DNA of 64,000 nt from positions 12,156 through 76,155 of the IMG/VR virus record IMGVR_UViG_3300037067_009230, one strand, 5' to 3'. Below the pieces are notes generated by a model. The model worked only from the letters and a program-made list of their open reading frames with translations. It made no database searches and was not told the DNA's origin. Made by a program: the position numbers and the translations under genes. Positions 17,558 through 25,884 of the stretch are shown in pieces. Position 1 is the stretch's first letter. The number at the start of each line of letters is the position of its first letter. This DNA comes from a virus. Lineage: Duplodnaviria; Caudoviricetes.

Positions 17558-17613
17558 AACTAGCTAGTAAACCTACTAAAAGTATGTTTACTATACAAAA
17601 ATCAGTAAATAAA
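17558..17613 (+). repeat. 56-bp attI-like array-terminal element, copy 2
   Basis: 54/56 identical to copy 1. Confidence 0.9.
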
Positions 17614-17628
17614 CAAAAAATTAAAGTC

Positions 17629-18182
17629 ATGAAAACAAAATTAACAGAAGCACAGAAGCAAGCTAATAAAGAGGCTAAACGAGCTAAAATAAAAGCTGAA
17701 AAAAGATTAAAAGAATAGAAGCTGAAAAAACCCAACCAGATGTAAAGGATATTACAATTACTATTGAATGGAAAAAGTCTCGGACATGGGGCGCAAATCC
17801 ACACGCAACGGCAGCCGTAAATTTTAAAGATAAAACAGCAGGCGAATTTAAAACAGGTTTTTACCGTTCTCCTGAAGGTAATTATACTTGTTCTGGGTGT
17901 GGGTACGATAAAGAAAGTACGGTTATTGCTCAGATATTTAATGACTTTCTGAAATACAAACTTTGGAGGCTTAGCCCTGAAAAATTAAAAGGTGGAAATG
18001 GATCCTTAGATAAAGGTCCGGCTCCATATGGAATTCATTTATATTCTGAAAATGAACCTTATTATGATGGAGGTATTGGAACAAGTTGCTATTATAATAT
18101 CTCTGAATACATTGGTGGTAAATTTGAATGCATTGCAAGTGGTAAAACGTTTGATGTTTATAAATATACTGATAACGAATAA
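17629..18182 (+). pseudogene. Frameshifted phage early gene (or sequencing error)
   Basis: MKTKLTEAQ...RLKE* continues in the -1 frame for 156 codons (ITIEWKKSRTWGANP...SGCGYDKES...YDGGIGTSC). Confidence 0.65.
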
Positions 18183-18262
18183 AGTTTTTGCCTGTTACAA
18201 GTCAGGGATTAATACAGAGTATCCCCCAGATAAGGGGGTAATGTAACCAAAAATTAAAAGAT

Positions 18263-18568
18263 ATGAAAACAGATAATCAAGTTACGGATGTAATTTTCCG
18301 TAAGTTTAAGGATGGAGATATAATAGCCTTATTTCCATATGAAATTGATAATTATCATGGTGACTGTCTAAGTTATATGCATATTGGACAACATGGCGGA
18401 GCTAATTACTGGCATTGCTTAACAATAACTAAGCCAGCAATGATAAATGAATATGAGCCATTGATGCGGGAACTTATTTCTATTGGATATGAACTAAGAA
18501 TAAGACAAAAAATAAATTACAAAGTGTTTTTATCTGCTATGAAAATATTTAGAGATAAATATAATTAA
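18263..18568 (+). CDS. Early hypothetical protein
   Basis: VIFRKFKDGDIIALFP...SYMHIGQHG. Confidence 0.7.
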   Translation: MKTDNQVTDVIFRKFKDGDIIALFPYEIDNYHGDCLSYMHIGQHGGANYWHCLTITKPAMINEYEPLMRELISIGYELRIRQKINYKVFLSAMKIFRDKYN

Positions 18569-18588
18569 CTAACCTAATACTTAACATT

Positions 18589-18972
18589 ATGAACTACAAT
18601 GATCTAATAAACAAAATTTACCAAAAGACCATCGAAAATCAGTTTTATGTTGTAAATATTGAAGGTAAGGAACCTGTTACGGGCTATACTGTAAGCACAA
18701 TTGGCAATGAATTAAGGATTAAATTAAGTGATTTTACACCCGAAAAAATTGATAAATATATTAAAACAAAGCTACTTAGGTATCCTTATGCCTATTTTGG
18801 TACATGGATCTTAGATGATACGGTATATATTGATGTTTTATATTATACAGAATGCAAAGCTATTGCCATCGAAGCTGGAAAAATGTTTGGCCAAGTATGT
18901 ATCTGGGATATCTCTAGTAAACAAGAAATATATTGGCTATCTGAGGCATTATTTGAATATAGTTTAAATTAA
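18589..18972 (+). CDS. Hypothetical protein of a GTW...DV...A...GK..GQ..IWD family
   Basis: Motif pattern; a similar domain occurs in the 2093-aa protein. Confidence 0.6.
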   Translation: MNYNDLINKIYQKTIENQFYVVNIEGKEPVTGYTVSTIGNELRIKLSDFTPEKIDKYIKTKLLRYPYAYFGTWILDDTVYIDVLYYTECKAIAIEAGKMFGQVCIWDISSKQEIYWLSEALFEYSLN

Positions 18973-19015
18973 CCGGACTATGGAGCATGAGGCAGTCCGA
19001 TTCTGCCTCCGGTTC
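18971..19015 (+). ncRNA. Armless tRNA-like hairpin, copy 2
   Basis: AACCGGA/TCCGGTT acceptor-like stem; GGCAG-TCCGATT-CTGCC T-arm. Confidence 0.5.
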
Positions 19016-19050
19016 AAATGTTTTTAGTATTAACCAAAAAATCAATCATT

Positions 19051-19149
19051 ATGAAAACTTTACTTATTCTTTTAATCGTATTTGTTGCTATATGCCTTCT
19101 AGGTATATTATACAACGGTTACACATGCTTCAAACAACTGTTTAAATAA
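19051..19149 (+). CDS. 32-aa membrane peptide (not in ORF track)
   Basis: MKTLLILLIVFVAICLLGILYNGYTCFKQLFK. Confidence 0.5.
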   Translation: MKTLLILLIVFVAICLLGILYNGYTCFKQLFK

Positions 19150-19213
19150 CAGAGTGTCAAAGAACTACAGTATTTAAATATACTTAAAATTTCAATATGT
19201 TTAATTAAAAAAG

Positions 19214-19726
19214 TTGAAAAAAATTATGAAAAAGTACAAATTGACTAATCAGGAATTGCAGACTTACAAGGACTGCCAATGGGAAATCGGCGTATCAAAA
19301 ACAACATCCGGAGAAGGTAATTTATGTTCCTCCGGATGGTTACATTATTATGATAATCCTTTATTAGCCATCTTATTAAATCCTATTCATGCAGATATTA
19401 AAAATCCACGACTTTTTGAATGTAAGGCTGAAGGTAAACATCTTAGTGATAGAGGATTAAAAGGGGGTTGTACAAAAATGACTTTAATTAAAGAAATTAC
19501 AGTCCCTGAAATTTCCAAAGAACAAAAAATTGCTTTTGGGATTCTTTGTTCTTTGGAAGTATATAAAGAAACAAAATATAAGAAGTGGGCTGAAAATTGG
19601 CTAAATAATACCGACAGGTCAGCAGATGCTGCTTATGCTTATGCTTATGCTGCTTATGCTGCTTATGCTTATGCTGCTGATGTTATAGATTTAATTAAAA
19701 TAGCTGAAAAAGCTATGAAATATTAA
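19214..19726 (+). CDS. Hypothetical protein with Ala/Tyr tandem repeat
   Basis: LCSSGWLHYY; GCT/TAT repeat encodes AAYAYAYAAYAAYAYAA. Confidence 0.7.
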   Translation: MKKIMKKYKLTNQELQTYKDCQWEIGVSKTTSGEGNLCSSGWLHYYDNPLLAILLNPIHADIKNPRLFECKAEGKHLSDRGLKGGCTKMTLIKEITVPEISKEQKIAFGILCSLEVYKETKYKKWAENWLNNTDRSADAAYAYAYAAYAAYAYAADVIDLIKIAEKAMKY

Positions 19727-19733
19727 AGTAAAT

Positions 19734-19778
19734 AACCCTGTATGGTACTCGATCAGGTTCGACTCCTGATCCGGGTTC
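19734..19778 (+). ncRNA. Armless tRNA-like hairpin, copy 3
   Basis: AACCC/GGGTT stem; ATCAGG-TTCGACT-CCTGAT T-arm. Aligns with copy 2 (TAACC...TATGG...GGTTCAA). Confidence 0.5.
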
Positions 19779-19779
19779 A

Positions 19780-20046
19780 ATGAGTAATATTACTCAGTTA
19801 TTTAAATTTATTGATATGAAAATAGAACATTTTGAATCCAAAGAATCTGGCAAAGTTTCTTTAGTATGCCAAGATCCATTATTTAATCAATGGAATAATT
19901 TAAAACAATTAATGTCAAAGGCTGTAAGTATTCGTGAGTGGAATATTTTACGGGGGCTGGCTAAACTTACCTATCCAATTGAATTAATAAATAGACTGGA
20001 TGCTTCTGGCTTTATCGTTTCCTTAAATCTTAAAAATGAGAAATAA
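19780..20046 (+). CDS. Hypothetical protein
   Basis: ORF track; coupled to the next gene. Confidence 0.55.
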   Translation: MSNITQLFKFIDMKIEHFESKESGKVSLVCQDPLFNQWNNLKQLMSKAVSIREWNILRGLAKLTYPIELINRLDASGFIVSLNLKNEK

Positions 20047-20588
20047 TGGAAAAGGAAACAGTAACAATTGAGATTCTAAATCGAGCTATTGAAGTAGAGC
20101 CAGTAACTGCTATACATCCAAAGGGTGTAAAAATATTCATGGAGAGAATCATAGGTACCACAAAGTATCTTTCAAACAACAGAAAGATCTTATATGATGT
20201 ATCCTTCATTAGTTTGTATAATTACAATAATAAAATTATTGATGGGTGTTTTGCGATTGATGGGTTTGTCTATAAAATTGATGCATGGGCTTCCATAGAT
20301 TTTCCGGATAGATTCTTACAGATACTGGATAAAAATGTACCAGAATGTAGGGGTATATGTTTTTATCTTGATAATAAACTCTATGCTGAGAATGTACCAT
20401 TTCTCAAATGTGATGATATGCAAGACCATCTTCTTACCCAAAGAAATGATGGTCTGATGTGGTTCAACAAGTTAAAAATTGTGGACAAATCAGGAAACAA
20501 GACAGTATTTTACCCTTCCATCAAAGCAAAGAAACTTCATGATCAATTTAAAACGCAAAAAGAAGGATATAGTACCACAGAAGCCTGA
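20046..20588 (+). CDS. Hypothetical protein
   Basis: 180-aa ORF. Confidence 0.65.
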   Translation: MEKETVTIEILNRAIEVEPVTAIHPKGVKIFMERIIGTTKYLSNNRKILYDVSFISLYNYNNKIIDGCFAIDGFVYKIDAWASIDFPDRFLQILDKNVPECRGICFYLDNKLYAENVPFLKCDDMQDHLLTQRNDGLMWFNKLKIVDKSGNKTVFYPSIKAKKLHDQFKTQKEGYSTTEA

Positions 20589-20769
20589 TATTAAAGTTGC
20601 TTATTATGGGTTCCATTGCCCTATTTGTGGAGTTTACGTACCAGCCGGGACTAATTATTTAAACTTTAATGGGTTTAAAATGTGTATTAAAGAGTCTAAT
20701 TAATTAGCCTCTTATCGAATAAACAGTAAATTGTATGTAAAAACATCTATATTAGTAGATAATTATTAA

Positions 20770-20809
20770 ACAAAAAGGGGGTAAGATTGATTTCTTACCC
20801 CCTTTTTGT
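20770..20809. terminator. Bidirectional terminator between convergent operons
   Basis: Perfect 17-bp inverted repeat ACAAAAAGGGGGTAAGA-TTGATT-TCTTACCCCCTTTTTGT. Confidence 0.9.
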
Positions 20810-20817
20810 TTTAAATT

Positions 20818-21261
20818 TTAAAGAGACTCTTTTAATAAAATCTTTGATTCTGTTAATATCTGTTTTCTCCGATTCTTTAACTTAATGATTGTAGTATCAA
20901 TCATAGCCAGTAAAGTATTTCTATCCAGTTCAAAAAATATTGTAAGTAACCCCGTATTTTGTAACTCATTTGGGATATAAACTCTTTGAAATCCTACTGG
21001 TTGAGTAACCTCTGCCTCAGATGTATTATCACCTGTATGAACCATCTCCAGAGGTTGCCCACAATTATTAGCCGGGTAAATAGGACTGATAATAGGTCGG
21101 GCACCGTTATTAGGAAGGGTTTCCATAATAATGTCACCGTTTACAATGTCACAATTTATCATAGTTTTACCAAATAAACCTAATTTGGCTATCCTATAAT
21201 CAATAAATTTAAGTTCCTCATCCAAGTTCCCAGCCTTATTTAAAAATTTTCTCAGTTGCAT
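20818..21261 (-). CDS. Hypothetical protein
   Basis: 147-aa ORF, last gene before the terminator. Confidence 0.65.
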   Translation of the reverse strand: MQLRKFLNKAGNLDEELKFIDYRIAKLGLFGKTMINCDIVNGDIIMETLPNNGARPIISPIYPANNCGQPLEMVHTGDNTSEAEVTQPVGFQRVYIPNELQNTGLLTIFFELDRNTLLAMIDTTIIKLKNRRKQILTESKILLKESL

Positions 21262-21265
21262 AATA

Positions 21266-22270
21266 TTAGTCTTTATATACTGTACCTCTATATATTTTCA
21301 TGTTACTCATAGCAAAATCTTTTCCAGATGTCTCAATTAACGCAAATCCCTGATTCCATTTATTTATAGGATTCCATTCCGGATGAAGTCCACAAAGACA
21401 CCCAATAGACCACCAGCTCATAAGTTTCTCGTTTATGTCAAGTTCTGAATGAGCACTGGATCTATGATGATGAGACACCACAGCAGAACTAAGAGTTTTT
21501 AAGAATAAACCTCTGGCCGGATTAACTGGAGAAGCTGCCCCACCCTGTAATTCATGCCCATGAACCCAAGGTAATCTCCCAGTATATATAATCTGATGTT
21601 CAATAACATCAACATTTTCAATCCCCCTGATCTTAATTATATTCTCAAATTTATATTCTTCCATATCAAGTAACTCAGGTGCCTTTACTCTTAAATAATT
21701 TTCCCATCGTTCTTCATGATTACCAAGTTTCCAGTAAATCTTTACGTCTGGAAAAGTTTTTTGAAGTATATTAAGAAATTCAACCCACATCCATAGTTCA
21801 TCACTAAAAGATCTATTTCTCATATCCTTATTAAATTTGGATAATTGATAACAATCAAGACCATCCCCATTGATCAGTATAAAATTTATCTTTCGATGTC
21901 CTATTGTATAATCTATCATTGCATTAATAGCCTCAACATTATGATATGGAAAATGAGAATCTGAAAATACTAATCCATTATTAAACCTTTCTGGTATATG
22001 AATAGGATTCCATGTAGTTTCATCTGATTCAGGAATCGCAAATGGGTTTAAAGATCCAGCCTCTTTAAGATATTTATTAGTACTTAATCTTTTTCTGTCA
22101 TTATTACCATTTTGCCCTCTATAATACCTAATTATATTCCTAGCGGATTCTACATTTAAAAATATGGTAGAATTTTCTGTATAAATCTTTTTAGCTAAAG
22201 TAAGGGAAGGAACATTTGGAAATCTTTCTAAGTATTCTTTTACTACAATACCTGTTATTTTTTTATTCAT
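21266..22270 (-). CDS. Calcineurin-like metallophosphoesterase with N-terminal helical domain
   Basis: SDSHFP, INGDGLD, GNHEE, HGHE, SHHH motifs. Confidence 0.85.
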   Translation of the reverse strand: MNKKITGIVVKEYLERFPNVPSLTLAKKIYTENSTIFLNVESARNIIRYYRGQNGNNDRKRLSTNKYLKEAGSLNPFAIPESDETTWNPIHIPERFNNGLVFSDSHFPYHNVEAINAMIDYTIGHRKINFILINGDGLDCYQLSKFNKDMRNRSFSDELWMWVEFLNILQKTFPDVKIYWKLGNHEERWENYLRVKAPELLDMEEYKFENIIKIRGIENVDVIEHQIIYTGRLPWVHGHELQGGAASPVNPARGLFLKTLSSAVVSHHHRSSAHSELDINEKLMSWWSIGCLCGLHPEWNPINKWNQGFALIETSGKDFAMSNMKIYRGTVYKD

Positions 22271-22294
22271 AACGTTAAGTTTAATAAGTATTTA

Positions 22295-22302
22295 CAAATA
22301 TA
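22295..22302 (-). promoter_or_regulatory. -7 box TATATTTG
   Basis: TAnnTTTG in the 39-bp gap upstream of the phosphoesterase. Confidence 0.55.
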
Positions 22303-22309
22303 CTACTAT

Positions 22310-23656
22310 TTAGTAAACTATGAATAAATTTTTACTAGGCCTTGTACAATTTGTATAATAAATTCTATTTCTTTCATACACATTATAATTAGTTTCAATA
22401 TCCCATTTTAGAACATAAGCATTTTCATAAGTACTACCCTGTGCCTTATGAGCTGTAATAGCATATGAATATTTTACTTGATGCCATTGTTGGAGAAAAT
22501 TATAATAGTCTACCCATGCAGATCTGGATTGATACGACCCCTGAGAATAACTTTTAGCTAAAGCTACTTGTAAAGTGCAGAGTTTATTAAAAGTTGCTTC
22601 TGAATCCTCATGTATAATTCGGAGCATATACTCATTATATTTCTCATAAGTATATACTCGAACTTGAGTGTTATAATATTTTAAGGTGTATTCATCATTT
22701 AAGACTTCTTGCATGACAGTTGCCGATAAAACTTCCATCTCCTCATTTGTATTAATTAATGTATGCTTATCTTTTATAACTGGACCATCAGCAATTAATT
22801 TATCTCCTTTTATAATTTTTGGAATATCTACTCCAAAAATATATTCTCGAATTCTTTTATTATAATCATCAATAGTATTGTTTCTCCATCCTATTACTTT
22901 TATGTAATCAATAGATCTTTCATAGTTTGGACTTGTAAACATTGGAAGAATCTTATTGATAAAATATTCTTCTTCTTTGTCCTTTTTTATTGGAAAAACC
23001 CCTCCCAGATCATTCTTAACCTCCTGAGGATTCAATATTTGAACCGGGGCATGTATCCTTGTCCTAATATTAGTGGCATTTTCAATTATAGGATTACCAG
23101 CTGCTTGTCTAATAATAGAATTAAGAGAACTTGTTTCAATTCCATATTTTAATCTAACCTCCTTATTAAACGGTAAAGAAGATTCTTGACCTACCGGGGG
23201 AATCTGTAAAGGATCTCCAACCAGTATAATTTTCTTCCCATTTTCAGATAAAGGAATTAAAGTTTCAAATATTATATCATTAATCATTGAAACCTCATCA
23301 ACTATAATATGGGTATATTCATCTGCTGGAAATCCTAATGAATGATCCGGCTTAAATGATAAGGTTCCATCATTATTAATAACTTGTCTCATCCCAAGTG
23401 CTGCGTGGATGGTACTAAACGTCACATCACATTTAATCATATCTTTGAGTACTTTGACAGCCTTATGGGTGGGGGCTGTTACAATTACACGACATTTATT
23501 TTTTTTAATATATCGTACAATTTCATCAAGTAAATATGTTTTACCAGTTCCGGCATATCCTTGTAATAAATATATTCCTCCCCCATCTAATTTTAAGAAC
23601 ATTAAAATAGCTTCATATGCTTTTGGTTGATCTCCGAGTAAGTTTTTTTCTTCCAT
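22310..23656 (-). CDS. SF1 Dda/RecD-like helicase
   Basis: GYAGTGKT, APTHKA, IVDEVSM, GDPLQIPPV, YAITAHKAQGSTY. Confidence 0.9.
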   Translation of the reverse strand: MEEKNLLGDQPKAYEAILMFLKLDGGGIYLLQGYAGTGKTYLLDEIVRYIKKNKCRVIVTAPTHKAVKVLKDMIKCDVTFSTIHAALGMRQVINNDGTLSFKPDHSLGFPADEYTHIIVDEVSMINDIIFETLIPLSENGKKIILVGDPLQIPPVGQESSLPFNKEVRLKYGIETSSLNSIIRQAAGNPIIENATNIRTRIHAPVQILNPQEVKNDLGGVFPIKKDKEEEYFINKILPMFTSPNYERSIDYIKVIGWRNNTIDDYNKRIREYIFGVDIPKIIKGDKLIADGPVIKDKHTLINTNEEMEVLSATVMQEVLNDEYTLKYYNTQVRVYTYEKYNEYMLRIIHEDSEATFNKLCTLQVALAKSYSQGSYQSRSAWVDYYNFLQQWHQVKYSYAITAHKAQGSTYENAYVLKWDIETNYNVYERNRIYYTNCTRPSKNLFIVY

Positions 23657-23745
23657 TTGCTATAATTGTTAATATCAATCTACATAATAAAGTTAGAGTA
23701 CAGAAAATTATTATAACTACAATACCTATTGTAATTGAGAAAAAA

Positions 23746-24186
23746 TTAAATATTGCTCTCATGACTAAAATAGGGATTTGCTTGTTTTGATAATCTATCT
23801 ACAATCCTTTGTCTAGGGTTCGATCTTGGAACCCAATCAAAATGTATCGATTTATCTTTCATGTAACTTAACATATTATTAATCTGAGCGTTAAGTTCTA
23901 TCAGTTTAGGTGCACGCACTCTATATTTACCCTGTAATTGATGAATTACTATCTCGGAATCACTAAATATTATAGCACCTGTTATGTTTTTCTTAAGTGT
24001 AAGGAGTTTTGACATAGCTGCTTTAATGGCTAAATACTCTGCCTCGTTATTACTTCCTAGATGTTCACCGGAAATCCTTAAAGTTAAAAAGGGTTTTATG
24101 CTTTTTTCATAAAAAAATGCCACACCCATACCCATCCTACCATCTAGGTAATAACAAGAACCATCACAATGAATGTGTATGATCAT
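23746..24186 (-). CDS. rnhA: Ribonuclease HI
   Basis: HCDGSC, SNNEAEYLA, FSDSEIV, WVPR, VDRLS. Confidence 0.9.
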   Translation of the reverse strand: MIIHIHCDGSCYYLDGRMGMGVAFFYEKSIKPFLTLRISGEHLGSNNEAEYLAIKAAMSKLLTLKKNITGAIIFSDSEIVIHQLQGKYRVRAPKLIELNAQINNMLSYMKDKSIHFDWVPRSNPRQRIVDRLSKQANPYFSHESNI

Positions 24187-24872
24187 AATAACTTCTGTTT
24201 TATTACTTGTAAATGGGCAGCTACAAAAAGATCTGCTAGAACATTAATAGTGATTGGCTGCCTCATTAATTCAGCCTGTTCTTTATTTGTATAGAATCCA
24301 GTCTCTGTAAGAATTGCAGGCATTCTAGTCTTAGTAAGAACATAAAATTTTGCCTCCTTATCTTTATCTCCATCTATCATATCAGCTCGCATTTGCCACC
24401 CCATATTAGAAAGATGATTATAAAATATATCAGCTATCGGATCTGATTTTGTCTTTCCGGGAGATGTAAATACCTCAATACCGGATGCAGCGTGTGTTTT
24501 AAACGCATTAGCATGAATTGAATGATAGTAGCATTTAAATTTATGATCTGATAAATATTGCATGGTATTATTAGCCCTTTCAACTCTTAAAGGCACTGTA
24601 ATGTCATCATCCTCTGATACTATAATAGAATATGGAAGGTCTAGATCATTTAATTTAGATGCATATGTCCATGCTAATGCCCTATTAAATACCCCCTCAT
24701 AAAAAGTAAACTCAGGATATACATACATTTTTGATGGTGCAGTAGTATATACACAGTCTAATATCCCACCGTGTCCCGGATCTATAAGAGGTACAATTTT
24801 TGAATCTCTGCCATAATGATATGATGGTATCTGATTCTTTATATCACTGATAATTTTAAGAAGTGCTTTCAT
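24183..24872 (-). CDS. N-acetylmuramoyl-L-alanine amidase (Amidase_3), putative endolysin
   Basis: IDPGHGG, SIHANA, ILTETGFYTN. Confidence 0.9.
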   Translation of the reverse strand: MKALLKIISDIKNQIPSYHYGRDSKIVPLIDPGHGGILDCVYTTAPSKMYVYPEFTFYEGVFNRALAWTYASKLNDLDLPYSIIVSEDDDITVPLRVERANNTMQYLSDHKFKCYYHSIHANAFKTHAASGIEVFTSPGKTKSDPIADIFYNHLSNMGWQMRADMIDGDKDKEAKFYVLTKTRMPAILTETGFYTNKEQAELMRQPITINVLADLFVAAHLQVIKQKLL

Positions 24873-25417
24873 TTATAAATTTGTTTGAATAATTCATAAC
24901 TGATATCCCTAAAGAATATGTCAGATTTAAATCCAATAATATCCAGATTCCACCCCATAAACTGTGCTGCTGTGTATCTCATCCATTCAATATGTTCGAT
25001 TAAAACCATAGGAAAAAAGATATAATATAAATCTTTTGGCATGCCGTTCTCTCGAACCATCAAAAATGGTTTTTTCTTAGCAGCAACAGCATCATTTTTA
25101 CACTGGATCATAAACCTGTATATGACAGAGTTAGTCCTAATGAACGGTGCGGTCTTTTTTAATCCAAGGTTCTTATAGAACTTAGTCTCCACACTATAAG
25201 GGAAATCAAATTCTCTGTCTACATTAATAACATCTCCGCAAATATCACCACGTTCTTTCCATCTTAATCCCCCGGACATAGGTACTCTAACAAATTCATG
25301 CCCGGTCCATTCCTGTAATAAATGAGTAACATTTAACTCATTTCTATTCCCTTTGAGTTTACTATTAATCCTGTTATTTGTAAGTTTAATGTCAAATAAA
25401 TCTTCGGCTACGTTCAT
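24869..25417 (-). CDS. Holliday-junction resolvase-like PD-(D/E)XK nuclease
   Basis: KGNRNE...FVRVPMSGG...GDV...SVETKF. Confidence 0.75.
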   Translation of the reverse strand: MNVAEDLFDIKLTNNRINSKLKGNRNELNVTHLLQEWTGHEFVRVPMSGGLRWKERGDICGDVINVDREFDFPYSVETKFYKNLGLKKTAPFIRTNSVIYRFMIQCKNDAVAAKKKPFLMVRENGMPKDLYYIFFPMVLIEHIEWMRYTAAQFMGWNLDIIGFKSDIFFRDISYELFKQIYK

Positions 25418-25884
25418 AATACCTTATTTATGAAATAATGTTTCCAAAGTCTTTCCTGCTCTGTCTTATCACCACTGGTCTTAATCCAGTATAGTAAAGA
25501 TAGGAAAAAATTATTCTTCCAACCCCCATTTTTATCAAACCATTTTTTAAACTCCTTTGTCTCATTCTCTTCCTTTACTTTTTTCTTACTATTCTTTTCC
25601 ATTTCAAGTATTTTACTAACTTGGTCAGAAAAAGCAGCACCCCGAAGAGTAAATGGTCTATTTTTTGATTTGTTAAACTCTTTACATTCGGCTATCCACA
25701 TATTACGATACTTAGTAAATAGTGCATCGGCTTCTTCACCTTCAGTATCCTTTAAATCGGACCGGTAAGTAAAAAATAAATTTATAAGTGTGGTAAGAGT
25801 CTCCTGTTTCTTTGCTCTTAATCTTCTAACAAATCTGGGATCTTTCTCCTTAGTTTCGTTTTGAACAACCTTTTTCTTTTCCAT
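25414..25884 (-). CDS. Hypothetical protein
   Basis: 156-aa ORF coupled to both neighbours. Confidence 0.65.
   Translation of the reverse strand: MEKKKVVQNETKEKDPRFVRRLRAKKQETLTTLINLFFTYRSDLKDTEGEEADALFTKYRNMWIAECKEFNKSKNRPFTLRGAAFSDQVSKILEMEKNSKKKVKEENETKEFKKWFDKNGGWKNNFFLSLLYWIKTSGDKTEQERLWKHYFINKVL

Larger units (their letters stand above)
17168..17613 (+). mobile_element. Integron-like cassette array 2 (attC-like site 17168-17293, cassette 17289-17560, attI-like element)
   Basis: Cassette ends gttgtgcgtagttat / ataattacgcacaac (14/15); inner arms atgtttgtgcagttgggg / ccccaattgcataaacat. Confidence 0.8.

Noticed and set aside
17509-18246. ORF-track entries 17509..17718, 17550..17804 and 18028..18246
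   Set aside because: Better explained by the 56-bp element plus the frameshifted gene 17629..18182.
16051-19778. The three T-loop elements as true tRNA genes
   Set aside because: Only about 45 nt, with no anticodon or D arm.
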